DNA from: Pseudomonadota bacterium
GTDB taxonomy: Bacteria > Pseudomonadota > Gammaproteobacteria > UBA5335
DNA length: 64,000 nt
Assembly (NCBI GenBank): GCA_045864775.1
Contig: BTVR01000002.1
Coordinates: 867,055 to 931,054 of the forward strand
Direction of reading: 5' to 3'
Positions 1-9,052 of this stretch are shown here, piece after piece. Under the pieces are notes generated by a model. It searched no databases. It was not told the origin of the DNA and was given only the letters and a program-made list of their open reading frames with translations. Each line of letters opens with the position of its first letter. Position 1 is the first letter of the stretch. The position numbers and the translations under genes are program-made.

Positions 1-850
1 CGAGCGCGCGCTGACGCATTATCTCGCCGACGCCGAGGTCGATCCCGAGCGACTGGCGTGGCTCGACGAGCGCCTCGGACGTTATCACCAGCTCGCCCGC
101 AAGCATCACTGCGCCCCCGAGGACTTGCAGGACGTGCTGGACCGACTCGAAGCGGAGCTCGTCGCGCACGCGCGGCATGCGGACCGGCGCGCCCATCTCG
201 AGCAAGAAATCGCGCGCCAGCGCCTGCGCTACGATGCCGCGGCGGAGCGCCTGGGCGCCGCGCGGCGCGCGGCCGCGCAGCCGCTCGGGGGGCAGATCGA
301 GGCGCAGGTCCGGCCACTGGGCCTGCCCCATGCGCGCATCGACATCGAGGTCGACACCCTGCCGGAGCGACTGTCCCCCCAGGGACGGGAACGCGTCGAG
401 ATCACCATCGGCATGAACCCGGGGCAGCCTGTGCAGCCTCTGGCGCGCGTCGCCTCCGGCGGCGAGCTCTCGCGCATCGCGCTGGCGATCGCGGTCGTCG
501 CGGCGACGCAAGGGCCGGGCGGCAGCATGGCTTTCGATGAGGTGGACGTCGGCGTCGGCGGCGCCGTGGCCGAACTGATCGGCGAGCGTCTCGCGCGACT
601 GGCGCAGCATCGTCAGGTCCTGTGCGTCACCCATCAGGCGCAGGTCGCGGCGCACGCCGGGCAGCACTATCAGGTTGCCAAGGACATCACCGGCGAGGAA
701 ACCCGGACCCGGGTGCGCGCGCTCGACGAGGCGGAGACCGAGGAGGAACTGGCGCGCATGCTGGGCGGCCGGGTGATCACCCAGCGCACCCGCGAGCACG
801 CCCGCGAACTGCGTGCCCAGGCGACTCAGTCGGCGTCGCTGCCCTCCTGA
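1..850 (+). CDS. recN: DNA repair protein RecN, C-terminal part (5' end lies outside the window)
   Basis: The frame of ORF 125..850 stays open to the window edge. It has the SMC/ABC-type signature GGELSRIALAI followed by a Walker-B-like MAFDEVDVGVGG. Lying next to fur and bamE is a typical context. Confidence 0.9.
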   Translation, partial: ERALTHYLADAEVDPERLAWLDERLGRYHQLARKHHCAPEDLQDVLDRLEAELVAHARHADRRAHLEQEIARQRLRYDAAAERLGAARRAAAQPLGGQIEAQVRPLGLPHARIDIEVDTLPERLSPQGRERVEITIGMNPGQPVQPLARVASGGELSRIALAIAVVAATQGPGGSMAFDEVDVGVGGAVAELIGERLARLAQHRQVLCVTHQAQVAAHAGQHYQVAKDITGEETRTRVRALDEAETEEELARMLGGRVITQRTREHARELRAQATQSASLPS

Positions 851-1335
851 GGCGGCCTCGGCATCTTGAGCCTGCCGGGCGCCACTTCGGCCTGGCAGTC
901 CGGACAGACGCCGTAGATGTACAGACTGTGGTCGGTCATGTCGTACCCCATGCGTTCGGCGATGGCGGTCTGGCGCGCCTCGATGGCGTCGTCGATGAAC
1001 TCGTCCACGCGCCCGCATTTGACGCACAGCATGTGGTCGTGATGCTTGCCTTCGTTGATCTCGAAGACCGAATGGCCGCTTTCGAAGTTGAGCCGGTTGA
1101 CGAGCCCGGCCGTTTCAAACTGGGTCAGCACCCGGTAGACCGTGGCCAGCCCGATCTCCTCGCCCGAATCGAGCAGCGCCTTGTAGAGGTCTTCGGCGCT
1201 CATGTGGCGCGAGTCGCCGGACTCGAGCATTTCCAATATTTTGAGCCGGGGAAGCGTCACCTTCAGGCCGACCTTGCGAATATCCTTGGATTCCAATGTG
1301 CCGCTCTCCGTGTGTCCCGGGCATGCCATCGTCAC
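826..1335 (-). CDS. fur: Ferric uptake regulator Fur
   Basis: The translation has LKVTLPRLKILEML, ATVYRVLTQFETAGLV, the HHDH metal site and the CxxC...CxxC pairs characteristic of the Fur family. The start may be 1335 or 1329. Confidence 0.93.
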   Translation of the reverse strand: MTMACPGHTESGTLESKDIRKVGLKVTLPRLKILEMLESGDSRHMSAEDLYKALLDSGEEIGLATVYRVLTQFETAGLVNRLNFESGHSVFEINEGKHHDHMLCVKCGRVDEFIDDAIEARQTAIAERMGYDMTDHSLYIYGVCPDCQAEVAPGRLKMPRPPQEGSDAD

Positions 1336-1386
1336 CCGATGGATTTTTCGCTAAGATGGCGCGTCCCAAACCGCCTGTGGCCTCTC

Positions 1387-1749
1387 ATGAAACGACCACT
1401 GCTCATCCTCATCCTCGCCGCCGGCCTGCTGCTCGGGGGCTGCATCGTGTACAAACCCGATGTCCGCCAAGGCAATACGCTGGACCGCGCCGCGATCGAT
1501 CAGCTTGCGCCCGGCCTGACGCGCGAGCAGGTGCAGTACCTGCTGGGGCGGCCGGTGCTCAAGAACCTGTTCGATGCCGACCGATGGGACTACGTATTTT
1601 ATCATCGCGGCCGTCGGGATGAGGAGCAGTGCCGGCTGACCGCGTTTTTCGAGCAGGACCGACTCGTCCGCGTGGAAACCCAGCCCACCGGTGAGGCGTT
1701 CAGCGCCTGCGTCGACAAGTCGACCCGCATCAAGCCGAACAAATTCTGA
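1387..1749 (+). CDS. bamE: Outer membrane protein assembly factor BamE (SmpA/OmlA lipoprotein)
   Basis: This is the last 120 codons of the long ORF 622..1749. It has a lipoprotein signal with lipobox LLGGC, followed by the YKPDVRQGN...LTREQVQYLLGRP motif of BamE. Confidence 0.9.
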   Translation: MKRPLLILILAAGLLLGGCIVYKPDVRQGNTLDRAAIDQLAPGLTREQVQYLLGRPVLKNLFDADRWDYVFYHRGRRDEEQCRLTAFFEQDRLVRVETQPTGEAFSACVDKSTRIKPNKF

Positions 1750-1804
1750 CCGAGCGCCGCCGCGGTGTGGGCGGCCGCAGCCCCGCCGAGGTGGCGCCGC
1801 CGTC

Positions 1805-2122
1805 TCATGGCTTGGCTGCGCCCCGTGCGCGCTCGGCACGCTGCCGCCGCGCCTGCTTGGGATCGACCGGCAAGGCGCGGTAGATCTCGACACGATCGCC
1901 GGCACGAAGCAGCGTTTCCCGCGCGCAGACCACACCGAAAATCCCCACCGGCGCCGCGGACAGATGCGCCTCGCCGAGCAGTTCGACAAGACCGCTGGCA
2001 CGCACGGCGTCCACCACGCGGGCGCCGGCCGGCAGCTCGACGGCCACGCGCCAGACCTGTTCGAGCCCAGCGTAGATCACCGTAACGGCAATGCTGCCCT
2101 GGTCTTCATCGGGCGCTTGCAT
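1805..2122 (-). CDS. RnfH-family ubiquitin-like protein (UPF0125, YfjF/RatB-like)
   Basis: The internal Met at 2122 gives 105 aa. The motifs IAVTVIYA...VRASGL...[21 protein letters not shown] match the RnfH family. Its position between bamE and smpB is the same as in enterobacteria. Confidence 0.85.
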   Translation of the reverse strand: MQAPDEDQGSIAVTVIYAGLEQVWRVAVELPAGARVVDAVRASGLVELLGEAHLSAAPVGIFGVVCARETLLRAGDRVEIYRALPVDPKQARRQRAERARGAAKP

Positions 2123-2178
2123 GCCCCCTCCTTCGCCGCCCTGCGGCCCCGCTGGCCTTGGCTTATAATCGCCCGCAA

Positions 2179-2664
2179 ATGTCCAAACCAAACACATCGA
2201 ACGGCCATGGCACGGGCTCGACCATCGCCGTCAATAAAAAAGCCCGCCACGACTTCTTCATCGAAGAGCGCCTCGAAGCCGGGATCGCCCTGGAAGGGTG
2301 GGAAGTCAAGGCGTTGCGCGCCGGTCGCGTCCAACTGGTCGACAGCTACGTCATCATGAAAAACGGCGAGGCCTGGCTGCTGGGCGCCTTCATCACGCCC
2401 CTGCAGACGGTCTCCACCCACTACGTCCCCGAAGCCCAGCGCACGCGCAAGCTGCTGCTGAACCGGCGCGAACTCGATCAGATGATCGGCGCCGTCGAGC
2501 GCAAGGGCTACACCCTCCTCGCGCTGTCGATGTACTGGAAGAACGGGCGCTGCAAGATCGAGCTGGGCCTCGCCAAGGGCAAGCAGGCCCACGACAAGCG
2601 CGCCAGCGAGCGCGACCGCGACTGGCAGCGCGAAAAGGGCCGGCTCATGAAACACGCGCGCTGA
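2179..2664 (+). CDS. smpB: SsrA-binding protein SmpB
   Basis: [29 protein letters not shown] and a basic C-terminal tail are present. The gene lies immediately upstream of the tmRNA gene. An alternative start is at 2158. Confidence 0.93.
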   Translation: MSKPNTSNGHGTGSTIAVNKKARHDFFIEERLEAGIALEGWEVKALRAGRVQLVDSYVIMKNGEAWLLGAFITPLQTVSTHYVPEAQRTRKLLLNRRELDQMIGAVERKGYTLLALSMYWKNGRCKIELGLAKGKQAHDKRASERDRDWQREKGRLMKHAR

Positions 2665-2689
2665 CAGGGAACTCGGTCGGGCGTATAGT
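2661..2689 (+). promoter_or_regulatory. Putative sigma70 promoter for ssrA
   Basis: ctgaca (2661-2666) is followed by a 17-nt spacer and tatagt (2684-2689). This is about 17 nt upstream of the mature tmRNA 5' end. Confidence 0.55.
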
Positions 2690-2705
2690 GTCACAGGAAT
2701 CACAC

Positions 2706-3068
2706 GGGGGCGACCTGGTTTCGACGGAGGTCGCGAAGCCCGCGGTGCATGCCGAGGTGCAGTGCCCCTCGTTAATCACACTGCAAACCAAATAGTTGCC
2801 AACGACGACAACTACGCACTCGCCGCTTAAAACCCGGTAGGGTGCCGTCTGACCGGGGACGTGCCTGTGCGCCCGGCCTCCAGGCGTCATCTCTCACAGG
2901 ATCGCGATCTCACTCGCCCGGAGTCGAATCGCTAAAGCTATCCGGGCTCGCCGTCTGTCTTCCCTGCCCGTCGGGTAGCAGCCGGTTAAAACAATAGACT
3001 GGGACAAGCATGTAGAGCCAACGGTAGAGGATTTTCGGACGCGGGTTCGATTCCCGCCGCCTCCACCA
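2706..3068 (+). ncRNA. ssrA: tmRNA (SsrA), one-piece form
   Basis: The 5' end ggggcgacctggtttcgac pairs with the 3' end ...ggacgcgggttcgattcccgccgcctccacca, giving a tRNA-Ala-like acceptor and T-arm ending in CCA. The tag reading frame at 2798-2830, gcc aac gac gac aac tac gca ctc gcc gct taa, encodes ANDDNYALAA followed by a stop. Confidence 0.95.
3036..3052. repeat. 17-nt core inside the tmRNA T-arm, repeated identically at 9710..9726
   Basis: cggacgcgggttcgatt is present at both positions in direct orientation. Confidence 0.7.
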
Positions 3069-3340
3069 ATACTGAAGCCCCAACTGTTATCAGTTGGGGC
3101 TTTTTCTCGTCTGATGGCGACAGTTCCCGCGTGTTTGCGCGGGTTCATGCGGACACCTGCGGACTTCGCCGGTTGCCTGTCTGGCCCGTTCTCGGCCGCT
3201 TTTCGCTCTCTCCTGGCCATTCTTCTCCCGGGCTTCGCTCTCCGCGAATGGCCCGGAGTCCGCAAAGGCACAGTTCAGCATCCTTTCAAATCAACGGGTC
3301 ACGCGCGGACGGTTCAAGCGGTTGGATCGCGGCATTGCAT
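3069..3340. repeat. tmRNA-distal module, copy A (terminator hairpin plus about 240 nt); homologous to 9905..10195
   Basis: By-eye alignment finds long identical blocks, for example cctgcggacttcgcc, ctctctcc, gccattc and agtccgcaaaggc, in the same order as copy B. Confidence 0.75.
3077..3105 (+). terminator. Rho-independent terminator of ssrA
   Basis: gccccaactg / cagttggggc form a 10-bp stem with loop ttat, followed by ttttt. Confidence 0.85.
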
Positions 3341-3385
3341 ACCCGGCGGGGAACTGCCGCGGCCAGGAGGCTGTCCGTTCCGACC

Positions 3386-4552
3386 TTACCGCCTTGGCTC
3401 GACAGCAGCGGCCCGCTGAATCTGCTCGAACAGACCCTGCGCGGCCTGCTTGGCAGCAGCATCTTGCTCGGCGCTGATAGGGGCGAGATCTATGCCGTCG
3501 CGGCCCGCTGCATAGGCGGGACCACCGACATCATCGTCGTACTCCGAGCCGTCCTCGTTGATCGCGTAGTAAGCGTCCTTGGACAGGTCCGTGCCGACCA
3601 GCCTGGACAGATACACCCAAGTCCAGCACCGGGCCAGATCCCCTTGATCATGGTCCTCGATGAGACGGAGCATGGCGTCCGTGTCCCCTCTCTCGGCAGC
3701 CACGGTGAGCCAGTGCTTCGCATCAGCCACGCGCCCCAGTCGCTCAGCAATCTCGGCAACGACCGTTGGATCTGCATCAACATCGTGACGCGGTCGATCG
3801 AAGAATGATGGATCGCCGAACCGCTCCGCCAAGTCCAGGAGCGCGTGTTGATTGCCGAGTCGACCAGCCTCACGAAGGTGACGGGCGTACCTGTCCGCTC
3901 GGGTGAGTCGAGCCGCATGGGCCTCTGCCCACTCCTTTTCCACGCCTGTCAGCACACGACCCTGTTGTGCCTGGGAGTGCCAGTAGGAGCTTCCCGCCCC
4001 CCGGTCGGTGTCGTCATCGTCGTCGGGGGCATGGATCAGCGCCAGGGCGTAGTGAGCGAGAGCGTTGCCTTTGCTGGCCGCTGCCTCCAACCCATCGAGC
4101 ATGAGCGGTGCGATAGCAGCCTCGTCACCATCTGCCCATCGGGCACCAAGCCGATCGTCTTGCTCGTCGCCGAACTGCTCGGGGTCGTCATCAGCCGGAT
4201 CGTCGTCTAGGCTGGACCAATCCCCTCGCAGTTGGCTGATCAACGCCGAAATCTGCACGACGCCAATCTGGCGCTCTGCCAGGAAGGACCCTAGCGACAC
4301 CGAGACCAGATCCGCGCCTTCCGGCGGATATCCGAGCTCGATGCAGCGCCGTCTGACGAAGTCGCGGTGCGAGCCAGTTCGCTTGTCGTCCGAGCGTCGC
4401 TGTGTGAAGACGGTATCAACGCCAAGTGCCGCATAGGACTTGAAGCCGAATGAGGCTGCCAGCAGCTCGTAGATGTGGGCTCTCTTGAGGGAGCTTTCCG
4501 TGCTGGCCTGGAGATGTTGCTGCGCGGAATACGCGAGCTCTTTGATTGTCAT
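3386..4552 (-). CDS. Hypothetical acidic protein with Sel1/TPR-like repeats
   Basis: The Met at 4552 is preceded by aggaaagg. Repeats of the form GNALAHYALALIH, GNQHALLDLAERFG and GDTDAMLRLIEDHD resemble Sel1-type repeats. Long Asp/Glu-rich linkers are present. I recognise no specific family. Confidence 0.6.
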   Translation of the reverse strand: MTIKELAYSAQQHLQASTESSLKRAHIYELLAASFGFKSYAALGVDTVFTQRRSDDKRTGSHRDFVRRRCIELGYPPEGADLVSVSLGSFLAERQIGVVQISALISQLRGDWSSLDDDPADDDPEQFGDEQDDRLGARWADGDEAAIAPLMLDGLEAAASKGNALAHYALALIHAPDDDDDTDRGAGSSYWHSQAQQGRVLTGVEKEWAEAHAARLTRADRYARHLREAGRLGNQHALLDLAERFGDPSFFDRPRHDVDADPTVVAEIAERLGRVADAKHWLTVAAERGDTDAMLRLIEDHDQGDLARCWTWVYLSRLVGTDLSKDAYYAINEDGSEYDDDVGGPAYAAGRDGIDLAPISAEQDAAAKQAAQGLFEQIQRAAAVEPRR

Positions 4553-4724
4553 GACGAACCTTTCCTGTGTGCCACGCCGATTTCGGGTCAGGCGCACACG
4601 TTTAAGTCCCCGACGACGAGGCTCAAAGAGAGGTTTTCAATGACAGTGAGACGAAGCCTTTTTTTACTCGTGTGCAAGTAAGGTGGGCACCTCGCCGCAT
4701 TTTATCGGCGGCAGGCCGATTGGT

Positions 4725-5165
4725 CTACCTGAGCCGGGCGCGCTGGTCATCCCACAGCGCTGGCGGATCCACCGCCAGGTCGAACAGCGTGACGTGGTTG
4801 GGCATGGCGTCATCCAGGATGGCGGCCACGATGTCCGGCGCCAGCGTGGTCAGGTTGACCATCCGGCTGACGTAGCTATTGTCGATCCCTTCCCGGGCGG
4901 CGATCTCCTTGAGGGACTTGGCCTCGCCCGACTCCAACATGGCCAGCCAGCGGTGCCCCCTGGCCAGCGCCAGCTGCAACGGCGTGGTGGCCGTATCCCA
5001 GGGTCTGGCCTCGGCTGGTTCGCCCGTCTCAGGGTCGATCGGCAGCGTCACCAGCTTGCGCCCGCTGCGCCGCTTGATCTGGATTGGCACCGACGGGGTC
5101 AGCCGCCCATCGCTGGCCTCGATGACGTCGGGCTCGCCTGTCCTCTGGATGCGGATCTCGCTCAT
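4725..5165 (-). CDS. Small helix-turn-helix protein of the kind encoded next to large serine recombinases
   Basis: The start at 5165 overlaps the stop of the upstream recombinase ORF as ATGA. The segment SLKEIAAREGIDNSYVSRMVNLTTLAPDIVAAILD looks like an HTH. Confidence 0.6.
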   Translation of the reverse strand: MSEIRIQRTGEPDVIEASDGRLTPSVPIQIKRRSGRKLVTLPIDPETGEPAEARPWDTATTPLQLALARGHRWLAMLESGEAKSLKEIAAREGIDNSYVSRMVNLTTLAPDIVAAILDDAMPNHVTLFDLAVDPPALWDDQRARLR

Positions 5166-6001
5166 GCCAATGCCTCCTCGGGCTGGGCCGCGCTGGCTGG
5201 CTGCAGTTCCAGCACCAGGCGCTCGATGCCGTTGGGGCGCAGCCGCACTTCCAGGTCGTTGGGCGACACGATCACCTTCTCGACCAGCAGCTTGACGATG
5301 CGCGTCTGCTCGGCTGGGAAGAGCTGGTCCCAAATGGTGTCGAGCCGCATCATGGCGACGGTGACCTTGGCCTCGTCGAGGCTGGGGTCGAGTTCGATCG
5401 CGCGTGGCAGGACGTCGCCCAAGAGATCCGGCGATCGCAGGACCGCGCGCAGTTGGTCCAGCACGGCGGATTCAAGCTCTGCGGCCGGCAGCCGTGGCAG
5501 CCCAGATGCACCCGCGTGTTCCTTGTTCTCGCGCTGCGGCACGTAGTAGCGATAGCGGCGGCCGTTTTTCTTGGTCGTGTGGAACGGCGACAAGGCGCGA
5601 CCGTCGTTGCCGAACACGATGCCCTTGAGCAGGTACGGCACGGTGGCTCTTGTCGCGTTGCCGCGAACCCGACCGTTGGTGGCGAGGATGGCGTGCACCT
5701 TGTCCCACAACTCGCGGTCGATGATCGGTGGATGCTCGGCCTTGTACCACTGCTCCTTGTGGCGCAGTTCACCGAGGTAGGTCCGGTTGTTGAGCAGCTT
5801 GTAGATCAGCCCCTTGTCGATCGGCTTGCCATCGCGGGTCTTGCCGTCCTGCGTGGTCCACGCCTTGGAATGCCAATCCCTCGGGCTGGGGCGTCCCTTG
5901 GCGAGCAACAACCGCGCGGCCGCAGGGCATCGCGCACCGGCTGCCGCCGGTGTTGTCGGCTTCGCGCGAGCCGCGAGTAGCCCACCACCAGGACGCGACA
6001 C
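5162..6001 (-). pseudogene. Large serine recombinase, C-terminal recombinase and zinc-ribbon region only (catalytic resolvase domain missing or degenerate)
   Basis: GLIYKLLNNRTYLGELRHKEQWYKAEHPPIIDRELWDKV is the typical recombinase-domain motif. No S-R catalytic N-terminal domain is in frame. A weak resolvase-like remnant (..ARDLPTAL..SFADHLEVRGD) appears in another minus-strand frame at about 6022-6260. Confidence 0.7.
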
Positions 6002-6299
6002 CTTTGCGGGACACGACTTGGCTACGGCACCAAATCGCCACGCACCTCGAGATGGTCCGCGAAGGAGTGTTTCAGAACGCCAGTGCGGTCCGCGATGCCA
6101 CGCACTTCCGGCACCAGGATGGCGACCGCAGCAAGCGCGCGAACCGACTGAGTTTCTGGCAAGGCGGTCGGAAGGTCACGCGCGGCCAGGGCTCGGACTT
6201 CCAGAGTGCGCGGGCTGCACTGCGGGGCTGGCGTGGTCGGTATCAGGAAGCGGTACCGCCCCCGCCAGGGATCAGCTTGTTGGTGATCCCGGTCCCGCC

Positions 6300-7453
6300 A
6301 CCGACGACGCCTTGCTACACGCCGAGCTCGGCCTTGCTGTTCGCCGCACTGGCCGCGACCGATGGCCATCTGCTGTTCATCTGTGAGAACCACGACAACA
6401 CGCCCCCGACAGGGGAGCCGGTGGTTGTCTCCATCCGGAGGCTGTACTTCGTGATCAACAACGTGACCCTGCACCGAGTGCCTGATGGCGCGGAGGTGCC
6501 GGTGTTCAACCTGTCGCTGTCGCTGGATGCCGCGTCCTGGACCTGGGGATTCGAGTCGTCGCTGCCGGCGAGTGCCGAGTCCTTGGTCGACCCTGGCGCG
6601 GCGTCCGGTCCGGTGGAACTGCTGGCCAGCCGTGAACGGCACGGCTTTTCGGGTGCTGGCCGAAAACATCAGCCGCGAGCGCATCTTCGGCGACGCGAGC
6701 ATCCGCATCTCAGGCCGGGGGCGTAACGCCGTGCTGGCCGCACCCTATGCGCCGGTGATGACCTTCTCGAACGCCGAGGGCCGCACCGCTCGGCAACTGA
6801 TGAATGACGTGCTGACCGTCAACGGTGTGCCGCTCGGGTGGTCTGTCGATTGGGGCCTGACCGACTGGACCGTCCCGGCCGGCGCGTTTGCCCACCAGGG
6901 GACGTGGATCGAGGCCCTGGCCGCCATTGCGGGCGCCGCGGGCGGCTACCTGATGCCCCATCCGACGGCGCAAAGCCTGCGGGTCCGTCATCGCTACCCG
7001 GTGGCTCCTTGGGAGTGGGGCTCCGTCACCCCCGACTTCGTGCTGCCCGTCGACGCGGTGGCCCGCGAGTCCGTTCGCTGGATGGAGAAGCCGGCCTACA
7101 ACCGCGTGTTCGTGTCGGGCCAGGAGGTCGGCGTGCTCGGCCAGGTCACGCGAGCAGGTACGGCTGGCGACGTGCTGGCGCCCATGGTCGTGGACGCGCT
7201 GATCACTGAGGCGGCCGCAGCGCGCCAGCGCGGCATCGCGGCATCGCGGCATCGCGGTGCTCGCCGACCCCGGCCGGCAGATCGAAGTGAGCTTGCGACT
7301 GCCCGTGCTGGCAGAGACCGGAATTATCGAGCCGGGGGCGTTCGTCGAGTCCCAGGACGGCAGCGTGACCCGGCTCGGGCTGGTGCGCGCCAGCAGGTGC
7401 AGGCCGGATTCCCCGAGGTCTGACAGACGCTGGGAGTGCAGGCCTATGCATAA
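6300..7453 (+). pseudogene. Phage tail/virion structural protein remnant, frameshifted (boundaries approximate)
   Basis: Coding-like sequence runs FVINNVTLHRV..SLSLDAASWTWGFESSLP, then switches frame near 6630 to VNGTAFRVLAENISRERIFGDASIRISGRGRN. It switches again at the 8-nt repeat at 7233-7256 to VLADPGRQIEVSLRLPVLAETGIIEPGAFVE. The 5' end is missing. Confidence 0.6.
7233..7256 (+). repeat. Tandem 3 x 8-nt repeat (gcatcgcg) inside the tail-protein remnant
   Basis: gcatcgcg gcatcgcg gcatcgcg. One copy would keep ...QRGIA-VLADPGRQIEV in frame, so the 16 extra nt shift the frame. Confidence 0.85.
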
Positions 7454-7666
7454 CGTCTACGAGCAGTTCCGCCAGCTGCTGCCCGATGCGCCGCTGCAGG
7501 CCGGCACGGTGACCGAGATCGGCGCCGGCGTCGTCACCGTTCAACTTCCGGTGACGGCGTCGTCAACGCGCGCGGCGCCGCTGGTCTCGGCCAGAAGGTG
7601 TTTGTCCGCGACGGCACGGTCGAAGCCGTCGCTCCCAGCCTGCCGCTCGAACTCATCGAGATCTGA
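7446..7666 (+). pseudogene. Small phage protein, frameshifted
   Basis: MHNVYEQFRQLLPDAPLQAGTVTEIGAGVVTVQLP continues plausibly only in another frame, as GDGVVNARGAAGLGQKVFVRDGTVEAVAPSLPLELIEI followed by a stop at 7664-7666. A 1-nt indel lies near 7545. Confidence 0.55.
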
Positions 7667-7741
7667 CCCGCCGTTGATTCATCCCCTGATGCCCGCCCAG
7701 TTGCTACGCGCTGGGCGGGCCTCGTCTTTCTGGAGGCTTGT

Positions 7742-8041
7742 ATGAACGAACCCGACCAACCCGCCATCGTGGAGAACATGCTCCTGCTGCGCAAGGAAGA
7801 CTTCGACGAACTGCTCGACCGCGCTGCCGAGCGCGGCGCCGAGCGCGCGCTGTCTCACCTGGGCCTGGAAAGCACCCACGCAGCGCGCGACATCCATGAA
7901 CTGCGCGATCTGCTGGAGGCGTGGCGCGATGCACGGCGCACCGCCTGGCAGACCGTCATCAAGGTTATTACGACCGGCATCCTGGCGGCGCTGCTGGTGG
8001 GCGCGGCCATCAAGCTCAAGTTGATGGGGAGCGGCCAATGA
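7742..8041 (+). CDS. Phage-associated small membrane-anchored protein (lysis-cassette partner)
   Basis: 99 aa: a helical acidic N-terminal part and a single C-terminal TM segment (VIKVITTGILAALLVGAAI). Its stop overlaps the next start as ATGA. Confidence 0.6.
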   Translation: MNEPDQPAIVENMLLLRKEDFDELLDRAAERGAERALSHLGLESTHAARDIHELRDLLEAWRDARRTAWQTVIKVITTGILAALLVGAAIKLKLMGSGQ

Positions 8042-8514
8042 TCGAGACCTTGCTCGGCGGCCTCCTTGGCGGGGCCTTCCGTCTGGCGCCCGAGGTCCTG
8101 AAGTGGCTTGACCGCAAGGGCGAGCGCGGCCACGAGCTGGCGATGCAGGACAAGGCGCTGGAGTTCGAGAAGCTGCGCGGCGCCCAGCGCATGTCGGAGA
8201 TCGGTGCTGGCGCGGACGCCGCCTGGAACGTCGGCGCCATCGAGGTCCTGCGGGAGTCGGTGGCCGCCCAGGGCCAGCGATCCCGAGTGCGCTGGGCCGA
8301 TGCGCTGTCCATCAGCGTCCGCCCGGTGATCACCTACTGGTTCATGACGCTGTACTGCGCGGCGAAGACGGCGTCGTTCGTCGGGGCCATGTCGGGCGGC
8401 GCCGATTGGGGCGCTGCGATCCTGCACGCGTGGACCGAGGCCGATCAAGCGCTGTGGGCCGGGGTGCTGAACTTCTGGTTCCTGGGGCGCGTGTTCGACC
8501 GGGTGCGGCCGTGA
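8038..8514 (+). CDS. Putative holin-like membrane protein
   Basis: 158 aa with hydrophobic segments (MIETLLGGLLGGAF, VITYWFMTLYCAA, ALWAGVLNFWFLG). It is translationally coupled on both sides and lies directly upstream of the endolysin. Confidence 0.55.
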   Translation: MIETLLGGLLGGAFRLAPEVLKWLDRKGERGHELAMQDKALEFEKLRGAQRMSEIGAGADAAWNVGAIEVLRESVAAQGQRSRVRWADALSISVRPVITYWFMTLYCAAKTASFVGAMSGGADWGAAILHAWTEADQALWAGVLNFWFLGRVFDRVRP

Positions 8515-8975
8515 TCGCAGTGCCGCAGGCGGCCATCGATCTCGCAAAGCGCTTCGAGGGCTTCCACCGTGTGCCGAGAGCCGATCCCGGCCGCGCGCAT
8601 CCCTACGTCTGCCCCGCTGGGTACTGGACCATCGGCTACGGCCACCTCTGCGATCCGAAGCACCAGCCAGTCACAGAGGCCGAGGCCGAAGCCTACTTGG
8701 CCACCGACCTCATGACGGCGCTGAAAGCGACGCTGCGCTACTGCCCCGTGCTGGCCACCGAGCCTGAGGGGCGGCTCGCCGCCGTCGTGGACTTCACCTT
8801 CAACCTCGGCGCGGGGCGCCTCCAGACATCGACGTTGCGGCGTCGGGTCAATCAGCGCGACTGGTCAGGCGCAGCCACTGAACTGCGCCGATGGATCTAT
8901 GGCGGCGGAAAAGTGCTGCCCGGCCTCGTCACCCGGCGAGCGGCGGAGATTGCCTTGCTTCTTCGCAACGCTTGA
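8511..8975 (+). CDS. Phage endolysin, GH24 lysozyme family
   Basis: The GTG start at 8511 overlaps the upstream stop. The motifs KRFEGF...YWTIGYGH...DFTFNLGAGRL...ELRRWIYGGGKVLPGLVTRR are typical of the phage lysozyme (PF00959-type) family. Confidence 0.85.
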   Translation: MIAVPQAAIDLAKRFEGFHRVPRADPGRAHPYVCPAGYWTIGYGHLCDPKHQPVTEAEAEAYLATDLMTALKATLRYCPVLATEPEGRLAAVVDFTFNLGAGRLQTSTLRRRVNQRDWSGAATELRRWIYGGGKVLPGLVTRRAAEIALLLRNA

Positions 8976-9052
8976 TCCGAAAGCGCTCGGCAGCGCTTGG
9001 CTTCAGGGCCGAACAGCGCGTTCATGCCATTCCCCGCAACGGAGAAGTGCCG

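Noticed and set aside
622-1749. 375-aa ORF spanning fur (antisense) and bamE.
   Set aside because: Only the last 120 codons (from the Met at 1387, lipoprotein signal) correspond to BamE. The upstream part is antisense to fur and looks non-coding.
2123-2178. Missing ratA (SRPBCC, yfjG-like) gene between the RnfH-family gene and smpB.
   Set aside because: Only about 56 nt separate the two starts and there is no remnant. This is simple absence rather than a feature, and gene content at this locus varies among lineages.
2894-3271. 125-aa minus-strand ORF. Overlapping ORFs are 3090..3281, 3114..3419, 9909..10430 and 9924..10142.
   Set aside because: They overlap the tmRNA gene and/or the duplicated module. 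Differences between module copies A and B are not concentrated at third codon positions in any of these frames. The conservation is therefore at the nucleotide level, not the protein level.
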